From Mobula hypostoma (lineage: Eukaryota), in contig NC_086107.1 in assembly GCF_963921235.1 (NCBI RefSeq), positions 97,714,001 to 97,778,000 on the forward strand: a DNA stretch of 64,000 nucleotides, in the 5' to 3' direction. Positions 1 through 9,600 of this stretch are shown piece by piece; the stretch's first letter is position 1; each line of letters begins with the position of its first letter. The translations under genes and the position numbers were made by a program. Under the pieces are notes generated by a model that searched no databases, was not told where the DNA came from, and saw only the letters and a list, made by a program, of their open reading frames with translations.

Positions 1-790
1 CTTCAACTCATCTGCAGAAACAGATTAATTTCTACCTTTAATGTCTCTTTTTTCCCCTTTCCAAGGTGGACGGGGTTCTGCCAGTGCCCTTGACCTGCAG
101 CTGAACTCAAACCGTGGTTCCTTGCGGCGATGGGACCCTGCTGTCAGGGCTCACCGACCGGCCATTTCTCGATATCCCAAGGGCCTGAGGCTTCCTGGCC
201 CCATGGATGAGCCCATCCTATTCTGGTGCATTGTGGGAGAAAACGAAATATCGGGAACAGCGGACCCGCTGTCGGAGGGTTTTGTACTCAGCAAATCATT
301 CTCTCTCTTTCTCTCATTGGTGGGGAGGAGTTTGCTGGCGATTCTCGAGTCAGAGAACTCAGGAAAAGAAATCTGGCAGACTTTAACACTGTAAATCAGT
401 AAGTTGTTGGTCTCCCCTCTTGCTGTGTGACACCGCTCTGCCCCTTTAATAGGGAGAAAAAGAGCCCGTGCCATGCCAAGTTGTCGGGTGAATGATCAGT
501 TTTTCTGTACTGCAGATCCTGGTCTCTGCTGGGGGCTTCGTTGTTGCTTGCTTGGCGGGTGGTGAGTGTTGATGCTTTTTTTGCTGAAGTGGGCGAGGGC
601 GAGGGGGAGGGGGAGGGTTGATGCTTTGCTGATGCTTGTGCGTGGGAAGGGAGAGAAGGGGGCTTTGGGGTTCTAGCATTTTTACTATCATTCATTCGTT
701 CTTTGGGGTACTCTTTGTGTGGATGTCTGCAAAGAGCAAGAATCTCAGGTTGTATATTGTAGACACTCTCTGATATTAAATGGAACTGTT
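1..790 (+). mobile_element. Non-autonomous LINE-derived repeat (Rex/L2-type 3' tail), cut by window start
   Basis: Colinear with 36975-37775; both end in GAATCTCAGGTTGTATATTGTA...CTCTGA(T/C)ATTAAATG...TTGAA, similar to the Rex-type tails elsewhere in the window. Confidence 0.5.
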
Positions 791-1394
791 GAATGTTGGA
801 TGAATTTAGCGGGTGAGCAGAGACAGCGGAGGCAGAGGGCGTAGGGTGACATTTTGGGTCATTTTGCAATAACGGACCGTACTTCAAACTCCACAATTCA
901 AACCCAATCGTGAGGAAGCCCCGGTTCCTTTTCAATGATTGTGGTTTCGTTGTCCACAAGATTCACACACGCACAAATTAGTTCCAAGTGTTGCCTATTC
1001 AGCCTCCAAAGCCTAGGAAATGTTAAATCACTGCTGGATAAAGTGCTGGTAGTTCTAGAACTCTTCCCATCAAAACTGCTTGGCATTGATTCTGCTCACA
1101 ACATCCAACAGGAGGCCCTTCCCTTGGGAAGACTGTGGATTAATTCAACGGCAGGAGAGAGAGGGAACCTTTCCACAGACACAGCAAATTGAACCGATTA
1201 AGATCAAGAAGGCACAAGCGAAGTGGGGTTGGACTGGGTCAATAAAATTTGATCTCTGAGAATAAAATAAGGCAGAATCAAGGCAGGTTGAGCAGCTTGG
1301 AAGGAATCTGTGAAGAGCACTGATCCACTACATGGAAATAAATTCCTCTGAGTGTTTGGTTGGACATGTTCAAAATTATCAGGACTTAAGACAA

Positions 1395-3130
1395 TAAGAC
1401 TATTAAAACATAGGAACAGACTGAGGCTATTCTATCCTGGATGATTCAATATCCCTCTCAACCCTGTTCTCCTGCCTTCTTGTAACCCTTGACACCCTGA
1501 CTAATCCAGAACCTTTCTTTGAATATACCCAGTGCCTTGTCCTCCACATCCATCTGTGGCAATGAATTCCGCAGATTCAGCACCCTTTGGCTAATGAAAT
1601 TCCTCCTCATCACTGTTCTAAAGGGACGTCCTTCTATGCTGAGGTGCTGCCCTCTGGTCCTAGACTCCCCAACTATAGGAAACTCTATCAAGGCCTTTCA
1701 ACATTCGATAGGTTTCAATGAGATTTCCCCCCCCACCATTCTTCTAAACTCTAGCAAATACAAGCCCAAAGCCATCAAATGCTCCTCATACATTAACCCC
1801 TTCATTCAAAGTTCAAAGTAAATTTATTATCAAAGTACATACAGTTTATGTCACCATATACAACCCTGAGATTCATTTCCTTGTGGGCATACTCAATAAA
1901 TCCATAATAGAATAATAACCATAATAAAATCAATGAAAGACTGTCCCAACTTGGGTGTTCAACCGGAGTACAAAAGACAACAAACTGCAAATGCAAAAAG
2001 AAAGAAATAATAATAATAATAATAAATAAATAAGCATTAAATATCAAGAACCTGAGATGAAGAGTGCTTGAAAATGCATCTATAGGTTGAGGAAACATTT
2101 TCATGATGAAGCAAGTGAAGTTACCCCTGTGGTTCAAGACCCTGATAGCGGAGGGGTAATAACTGTTCCTGGTGATGTGAGTCCTGAGGCTCCTGTACTT
2201 TCTTCCTGATGGCAGTAGCGAGAAGAGAGCATGTTGTGTGTGGTGGGTGTTCTTGATGATGGATGCTGGTTTCCTGTGACAACGCTTCATGCAAATGTGC
2301 TCAACGATGGAGGGCTTTTACCCGTCATGGATTGGACTGTATCCATTATTTTTTTGTATTATTTTCCATTCAAAGGCTTTGGTGTTTCCATACCAGGCTG
2401 TAATTCAGCCAGTCAATATACTCTCCACCACTCATCTACAAAAGTTTGTCAAAGTTCATTCCTGGGATCATTCTAATGAACTTCCTTTAGACCCTCTCCA
2501 ATGCAAACACGTACATCATTTCTTAGATAAGGGGCCCAGATCAGTTCACAATACTCCAAGTTCAGTCTGACCATTGCCTTATAAAGCCCCAGCATTGCAT
2601 CCTTGCTTTTATATGCTGGTCTCCTCAAATTGAATGCTAACGTTGCATTTGCCTTCCTTACCACCAACTCAACCTGCAAGCTAACCTTCAGGAAATCCTG
2701 CACGTCCCTTTGCAACTCTGATTTTTGAATTTTCTCCCAGTTTAGAAAATAGTCCAGGCCTTTATTCCTTCCACCAAAGTGCATGACCATACACCTCCAT
2801 CTGCCACTTCTTTGCTCATTCTCCCAATCTGTCTAAGTCCTTCTGCAGACACCCTGCTTCCTCAGCACTACCTGGCCCTCAACCTATCCTCATATCGTTC
2901 ACAAACCTGGCCACAAAATCGCCAATTTCTTCATCCAAAACATTGACATATAACACGAAAAGAAATGGTCCCAACATCAACCCCTGCAGGGCACCATTCA
3001 TCACCGGCAGCCAACCAGAAAAGGCCCTCTTTATTTCCACTCTTTACCCCCGCCAGTCAGCCAATCTTCTATTCAAGCTCTATCTTTGATTTCTTGTAAT
3101 ACGATGAACTCTTAACCTGTTAAGCAGCCT
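1395..3130 (-). mobile_element. Degenerate CR1 LINE 3' fragment, interrupted by a Rex insertion
   Basis: Minus-strand peptides MHFGGRNK, YKAMVRLNLEYC and RNFISQRVLNLRNSLP match the C-terminal half of the CR1 ORF2 at 11320-12600. Confidence 0.85.
1805..2455 (-). mobile_element. Rex1/Babar-type LINE 3' fragment inserted in CR1
   Basis: Peptide ASIIKNTHHTQHALFSLLPSGRKYRSLRT (Rex-Babar C-terminus); tail TTTGATAATAAATTTACTTTGAACTTTGAA; TTCATTC on both flanks (possible TSD). Confidence 0.8.
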
Positions 3131-3436
3131 CAGCTGTGAGTCATCTTGAAAGCTAAAATGAAAATCAAATGAAATAGTAAATAGCACGTATAGATAGAGG
3201 TGGCTCCTTCAAAAGATCAGAATACTTTGCATTTGGGAGCAGGGTTAAGCAAATGTATAGTAAGGTGAAAGTAGTCACAGTTAAAGTTTAAAGTGTTGGA
3301 AAGTTATTAGAGTATAGTGTCATCAGAGTGAATGGGATTTTGCAGTTACCTATATAATATTTAATCATACCTTGTGATATCAATAATATTTTTAGTCCTT
3401 ATGCCACCATAACAGTAATGGTTACTTAGCATATAG

Positions 3437-4045
3437 TTCCTTAAAGTTGTTATAGCTGGAGATGGTATTGGGGACAAGCTCCCACTACCAATTAAATGCT
3501 CCCAATGGTGTGCACCTCAAATAGCCTCTAACAACCAATTCCAGCTCCTGGCCTTCACGTGTGGCTTAGCCACTAAGCCCGGCAGAACCGTTTCTACTGA
3601 CAGGAGAAGGGGCAAAGGTGGGTTACTGGCACCTTAAAACCAGTCGCTTCGATAGGGCTCGTCAGCCATGGTTGGCAGCTCATCAAGGAGAAGGAAAACT
3701 CCGATCTCAAATCCCCACTGCCTGGCAGCTATACCCACTCATGGGGAAGGCTTTGGGAGTAAAGCCCGGCGGGGGGGGGGAGAAATCCGGAGCTGGAGTC
3801 CCTAGGGGAGTCCGACGTTGAGTTCAACGCTGACTGGCAACTCCTGCGACGCTGCTGATACCAAACTGCATCAGTCTCTGCCATTCCTTTGGGTTCATCA
3901 GTTGCATGGAGAGTGGGAGAGGTTGCTACACTGGCAACAGCTTGCTCTCCATATCGTACTGCCCAGGCTTGCATATCTAGACAGCAAGGACACAACATCC
4001 ATGGTCAACTTTGACCAACGGAGGCCTCACTCAGACTCAGACTTA
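3437..4045 (+). mobile_element. RTE-related short non-autonomous retroelement, family A copy 1
   Basis: Colinear with 44807-45405, with the same start; RTE-like GGAGAAGGAAAACTC motif; ends in short CTCAGA repeats. Confidence 0.65.
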
Positions 4046-4087
4046 GCATAAGGGGAGGCAGGATGGAGGGATGGAGAATCTACGGCC

Positions 4088-4578
4088 AGCATACTCCAGA
4101 AGCAAGGCCACCTGAACCGCTACATGCAGAATATACCTGCACTAGTGCACACTCTGAAACCGAGCAAAGGATGACCCTTATAATCAACATCCACAAAATA
4201 AAGGTCTTCCACCTTTACTTTTGGGTGGGGGGGATGGTTGGAGATATGTCTGTATTAAGGCGCCCCTTCCCTCCGCTAGCCTGCAGGTCACCCTCGGGCA
4301 AGGTGTAGCACCTGCTTAGCCCCCATTCGGGGTCACGAAAAGCCATGGGAGCAGGCGGTGGATGGTCGTATGAGCAGCTGGTGCATATCACTAGTCCTGT
4401 TTGACATCACTGAAGAGTACTGACAACGGCTGGGGTCGTCCGTCTTTGAAAGACTCTGCCCAGAAGAAAGCAATGGCAAAGCACTTCTGTAGAAAAAATT
4501 TGCCAGGAACAATCACGGTCATGGAAAGACCATGATCACCCATGCCATACGACACGGCACACAATGACAATGATGCTA
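4088..4578 (+). mobile_element. RTE-related SINE-like element, family B copy 1
   Basis: Colinear with 33835-34350; Bov-A/RTE-like GAAGAAAGCAATGGCAAAGCACTTC motif; short ATG-repeat tail. Confidence 0.6.
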
Positions 4579-4809
4579 ATGATTTAGCATATGTAACCTG
4601 TTACAAAGCTACAGGGCTGTGATCCTCTGTGTTTAACCTCACTCAGCAGATTCAGGCCGAACTCAGAGAAATAGGACACGAGATGAGATGATAACCTACA
4701 TCCTCTGCTTTCAGATACTTCTGTCAGCTTCCCGCCTGAATTACCTCTTCCGCTGACTCGAGTACGTGTGTAATGAAGACTCCAGGTGCTGGGGACTGAC
4801 CTAGTCACT

Positions 4810-5047
4810 TATTTATTGAGTTACAGGCAATCTTTCCGGGCAGCCCAGCAATTCCCTAGCCTAAACACAGGGCAATTAACAACGACCGATTAAGCTAACA
4901 ACCAGTACGTCTCTAGACTGCGGGAGGAAACCGGAGCTCCCGGAGGAAACCCATGCGGTCCTGGGGAGAACGTACAAACTCCTTACAGGCCGCTGCGGGA
5001 ATTGATACTGCAAAGCGATGTCCTAATCACTGCGCTACGTGCCGCTC
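4810..5047 (-). mobile_element. tRNA-derived V-SINE (HE1-like)
   Basis: Reverse complement of the V-domain GTTTGTACGTTCTCCCC...GGGTTTCCTCCGGG..CTCCGGTTTCCTCCC, plus a degenerate tRNA-like head. Confidence 0.8.
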
Positions 5048-5289
5048 CATGCTATCCTGCAGCGTGACATTTCATTTCATTACCTGATGAGGCTCCTGGC
5101 GCGCACTGATTTCTCATTTACTGAGACTGCAGTGAATAAGGAGTCTGAAACAGAGTTACGGCATGGGAATGGGAAACAGGCATGGCGGTACAGTATAGGA
5201 GGGCGACCTGCTGTTGCTCACTTACTACATTCAACCGTGACCTACCACACGGAGTTACCACCTTCAATCTCAACACTCTGCACTTTCAA

Positions 5290-5425
5290 TCACAAACAAG
5301 AGCAAATCTGCAGACGCTGGAAATCCGAGCAACACAGACAACATGCTGGAGGAACTCAGCAGGCCAGGCAGCATCTACTGAAAAGAGTAGCAGTCGGCGT
5401 TTCGGGCGGAAACTCATCACTACTG
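5290..5425 (-). mobile_element. Penelope-like element terminal repeat fragment
   Basis: TGCTGGAGGAACTCAGCAGGCCAGGCAGCATC motif, shared with the termini of GIY-YIG-bearing fragments in this window. Confidence 0.75.
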
Positions 5426-6099
5426 AACAAGCTGATAAAATCTTTGAGCCGTTGTGATAGTTGATTGCCCGCAGCAGAGAGCAGAGAAGCCGCTAACCGC
5501 ACCCAACGCCCTTGTGCTGGGCACGTTAACCGACTTCACTAGCACAGATGGAGGTGAGCATTGCCCCGCCGACTCGTCGATGATCGTTTGGGAATTTGAA
5601 ATGTCCAGAGAAAAGGCACCGATGGGGACGATGTTAGAACTGGAAAGATTGCTTGCAATACAGTTTGTAGCTATAGACTGTGCAAAAGTCATCCGATCAC
5701 ATCCCCGACATCTATCATTCATGATCCACCTCTCCGTCTTTGAAAGCTCCGACTGAATCTGTTTTTACTGCCATCTCAGCTCCCTATTTCGATTAGCACA
5801 ATCCACAAGGTTCTCTATCTATCTATCGAACTATCTTTCTCTCTCTCACTTCCTCACTCTCTATTTCTCACTCTCTCTCCCCCTTTCCCTCTCGTTCTCT
5901 CTCCCCTCTCCCCTCCCTCTCTCTTTCTCACATACTCTTTATTTCTCTCTCTCTTTCCATCGTAAGCCTGTGCCGTCTGACTGTTGAACCCCCTGCCACC
6001 CGCAAGCACTAGCCCCTCGCTCATTCCCAACCTCTGCCCCGCGGAGAGCGACGCGGCTTCCCCCTCCAGGTTCCGTGGGAACGCACCCAAAACGCTTAC

Positions 6100-6216
6100 C
6101 ACTCCTTTGCTGATGTCCTGGGCCGCTGGCTGCTCGCTCCTGCTTAATTCGGCAAAGGTCAGGATGGTCCAGATGAGCGGGATCGTTGCTGGTGCTGGGG
6201 TTATCCTCTCCAACAT
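6100..6216 (-). CDS. Putative first coding exon of an unidentified secreted/membrane protein (MLERITPAPATIPLIWTILTFAELSRSEQPAAQDISKGV)
   Basis: ATG at 6216 with A at -3; hydrophobic stretch IPLIWTILTFA; strong donor GTG|GTAAGC at 6100/6099 (phase 0); non-repetitive CpG-enriched context with a purine-rich leader. No downstream exon found in the window. Confidence 0.4.
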
Positions 6217-6776
6217 GTTTCCGAGCAACGCAAACCTTCCGCGCCACAAGCAGACCTGCTGGGCTTTATCCTGTTGCGCTTTGTGTCCTGCTGTGCCCCT
6301 CTTCACCTGGGACCTGCCTCGATTACCTCCCCTCCCGTCTGTCCCTCCTTTGCCCCCTCCCTTTCTCACTCACACCCTCTCGTAGTTCTGTCCTCTGTTT
6401 TACCCGGTTCCTGTTTTGCTTCTCGTTTATACTTAATTTCTCTCTCCGCCCACTGCCAAGGGGTTCCTCTCCAACTGTCTCTTTCTGGCTCTGTCTGGCA
6501 AATCCTCTCCGCCTGTTAAACTTTACGTATCTGCTGTTAGCCATCTCCTGTGTCTTTCAGCCTTCAGTCAGCGTTTAGCTATGAGATTTTGAATTCCTCG
6601 ATGCATTTTGTATGTTGACCTCTGCTTTACCCTGCCCCCACCAGACTCTGATTTATAATTCACTTAGTTCAGTTTCTCCTTGTCTCTTCTCTATCCATAC
6701 GTCTGGGAGAGCGGTGCAAGTGTGTTAAATGAATATCCCCATGGGAGACTGAAATGTTATACCAGCAGACATTAAG

Positions 6777-6779
6777 ACA

Positions 6780-6830
<51 letters not shown>
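6777..6830. repeat. (CA)n microsatellite
   Basis: Direct inspection. Confidence 0.95.
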
Positions 6831-6833
<3 letters not shown>

Positions 6834-6837
6834 TTAA

Positions 6838-6975
6838 TTAGTCCTGCTGAAGGGTCTTGGCCTGAAACGTCGACGGTACTCTTTTCCATTGATGCTGCCT
6901 GGCCCGCTGAGTTCCTCCAGCATTTTGTGTGTGTATTGCTTTGGATTTCCAGCGTCTGCAGATCCCCTCTCGTTT
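6838..6975 (+). mobile_element. Penelope-like terminal repeat with hammerhead-like motif
   Basis: GTC-CTGCTGA-AGGG-TCTTGG-CCT-GAAA-CGTC-GAC followed by GATGCTGCCTGGCC..CTGAGTTCCTCCAGCA. Confidence 0.75.
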
Positions 6976-8104
6976 CTGAGTCAATTATTCCTTCTGTCGG
7001 TCAGATTTGCACACTTGTCCATCCGAGTAGATTTCTGCAGTACAGCAATTCTCTCACACACGGCGCTCCACAAATTATAAAGAAGACACCGCTTTTTCAA
7101 TTATGAAAAAAATACTGTCAAGGTAGAAAGTGGAGATATGGGGATAATTCCCTCAAAAGTACCCCCCCCCCCAGTGAGTGGGGTGCTGTGTTGTGGGACG
7201 AATAGTGCTGTCTGTCCCTCCGGACGGTCAGACCCACACACTACAGCATTTGCTCCGTAATGCCTGTGGAGGAGGCTAAAATGCCTCCCACATCTCTAAC
7301 TGAGCAGGTGAGAGGTTGACACGGCTCCGGTGCACTGACTCAGGAAAGGGAAGATGTACAGAGGTGGTGGGGGAACGGCCACATCTGCGGGGGGTGGGGG
7401 GGGGATGCTTTCTCCTCATCGTTCCTCTTATCTAAATCGTTTCCATCTGTGACTTGCTCTTCGGCAAATATTCAACTTGTAATTCCACACTCCCCAATAT
7501 GCACTGAGAACAGGGGCGCCTTTAGGGACTGAATACGAAAGTAGGAAGTGCCTTTTGAGGTACTGCCTGCCCCAAAGGCGGGTCTGTCCTGCCGATGCTC
7601 CCTAGCCCATCTGTCAGGAGCAGAAACCCTGGGGGCATTCGCGCTAGGCGTGGCACTTTCTTCCGGAGGCAGTCGCAGGGCAGATGTACAAGATGAAGCA
7701 GGAATTTTTCAGAAGCGGGGCCGTGAGCGTGACTGCTGGTAAACTCGGAAAGCCGGCATACCCGCGTCCCCTGTACGTGTGCAGCGAGTGACAATATTCC
7801 CGAGGAGGATAGACGATGCCCCCCAACCCCCCACCCCCACGAGCCAGGCAGGACACAGAGTAGAGGGTGAGCATCTGCGGCGATGCTGCCGGAGGGTGGC
7901 TCACACAGCGGGACGTCGCTGAGTTGCAGTGTGCGGGAGGAGCTCCCAGCGGGTCGGGCGGCATCTGTGGGAGGCAAGGAGCTGTCAACGATACGGGCCA
8001 AGGTCCTGCGTCAGGCCTGGAGTGGAGATGGGAGGCAGCCAACACCGAGGGGAGAGGAGCAGGGTCTGAGACGGGAGTCCGGGGCGGTCGGTGGCTGCAG
8101 GAGG

Positions 8105-8440
8105 GCGCGTAAGACGAGCCTTTGCACTCTGGTCGCCGCGGCAACACGGATATTTCAGCGGCACCCATTAACCTTCTCATTCTTATATCGGCCCACGGCC
8201 TCCTCTACTGCCACAATGAGGCCAAACGCAGGTTAGAGGAACAATTCCTCATATTCTGTCAGGGGGACCTCCAACCTGATGGCTTGACTATCCTCATGAC
8301 TTGCCCATCACCTCCTCCCCTTTATACCTTGGTCTACCGTCCTCTCCTATCCAATTCATTCTTCTTCAACCCTTTATCACCTCCCACCTCCCCTACCCAC
8401 CCACTTTCCTCCTCGTCTGGCCTCACCTGTCACTTCCCTT
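8105..8440 (+). mobile_element. Degenerate Penelope-like fragment (GIY-YIG C-terminus)
   Basis: Peptide HGLLYCHNEAKRRLEEQFLIFCQGDLQPDGL, matching the other Penelope fragments here. Confidence 0.7.
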
Positions 8441-8659
8441 CTCCAAGAATCACTAGTTCTGGAATGGTTCCAGAGAACTGGAAAATTGCAAATGTCACGC
8501 CACTCTTTGAGAAGGAGGGGAGGCAAAAGACAAGAAATTATAGGCCAGTTCACCTGACTTTTAGTGGTTGGGAAGATGTTGAAGTTTATTAGGTGGAAGC
8601 GGGCGAGGCGAGGAAGGTTTGACATTCATTTTCTGTTGCTATTTGAGGAGAGGGGCATT

Positions 8660-9595
8660 ATGACTGTGAGGGCAGTTTGCTGTTCTCGGTGTCGGATGTG
8701 GGAGGCCCTGGAGTCTCCAAGCCTCCCGGACGTCTACATCTGCGCCAAGTGCATCGAGATGCAGCTCCTAAGGGACCGCGTTACGGAACTGGAGCTGCAG
8801 CTCGATGACCTTCGTCTGGTCAGGGAGAGCGAGGAGGTGATAGAGAGGAGTGGAAGGCAGGTGGTCACGCTGGGGCCACGGGAGGCAGACAAGTGGGTCA
8901 CGGTTAGGAGGGGGAAGGGGAAAAGGCAGGTGATGGGGAGTACCCCGGCGGCTGTGCCCCTTAACAACAGGTACTCCTGTTTGAGTACTGTTGGGGGGGA
9001 CAGCTTACCCGGGGGAAGCGACAGTGGCCCTGCCTCCGGCACAGAGTCTGGCCCTGTAGCTCAGAAGGGTAGGGCAAGGAAGAGGAGGGAAGTTGTGATA
9101 GGGGACTCGATAGTAAGGGGGTCAGATAGGCGATTCTGTGGACGCAGTCCAGAGACTCGGATGGTAGTTTGCCTCCCTGGTGCCAGGGTCCGGGATATTT
9201 CTGATCGTGTCCAAGATATCCTGAAGTGGGAGGGTGAGGAGCCAGAGGTCCTGGTACATATAGGTACCAATGACATAGGTAGGAAAAGGGATGAGGTCCT
9301 GAAAGAAGAATATAGGGAGCTAGGAAGGGAGTTGAGAAAAAGGACCGCAAAGGTAGTAATCTCGGGATTACTGCCTGTGCCACGCGACAGTGAGAGTAGG
9401 AATGCGATGAGGTGGAGGATAAATGCGTGGCTGAGGGATTGGAGCAGGGGGCAGGGATTCAAGTTTTTGGATCATTGGGACCTCTTTTGGCGCAGGTGTG
9501 ACCTGTACAAAAAGGACGGGTTACACTTAAATCCTAGGGGGACCAATATCCTGGCAGGGAGATTAGCGGGGGCTACTGAGGTGACTTTAAACTAG
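8660..9595 (+). CDS. CR1 ORF1p: Zn-finger, leucine zipper and SGNH/GDSL esterase domain (311 aa)
   Basis: CSRC...CAKC; LRDRVTELELQLDDL; esterase blocks VIGDS, LPGA, HIGTND, DGLHLN; uninterrupted from ATG 8660 to TAG 9593-9595. Confidence 0.9.
   Translation: MTVRAVCCSRCRMWEALESPSLPDVYICAKCIEMQLLRDRVTELELQLDDLRLVRESEEVIERSGRQVVTLGPREADKWVTVRRGKGKRQVMGSTPAAVPLNNRYSCLSTVGGDSLPGGSDSGPASGTESGPVAQKGRARKRREVVIGDSIVRGSDRRFCGRSPETRMVVCLPGARVRDISDRVQDILKWEGEEPEVLVHIGTNDIGRKRDEVLKEEYRELGRELRKRTAKVVISGLLPVPRDSESRNAMRWRINAWLRDWSRGQGFKFLDHWDLFWRRCDLYKKDGLHLNPRGTNILAGRLAGATEVTLN
9586..9592 (+). promoter_or_regulatory. Candidate -1 ribosomal frameshift slippery heptamer T_TTA_AAC
   Basis: ORF1 reads ACT TTA AAC TAG; the -1 frame TTT AAA CTA GAA TGG TTG... 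is the ORF2 frame. Confidence 0.6.
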
Positions 9596-9600
9596 AATGG

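Noticed and set aside
6070..6115. KGVVSVLG resemblance to kainate receptor N-terminal domains
   Set aside because: Only 8 residues match, the flanks do not, and the match straddles the predicted splice donor.
8564..8659. ORF1 N-terminal extension shown in the ORF track
   Set aside because: It starts in the older host CR1, upstream of the insertion junction; ATG 8660 is the likely start.
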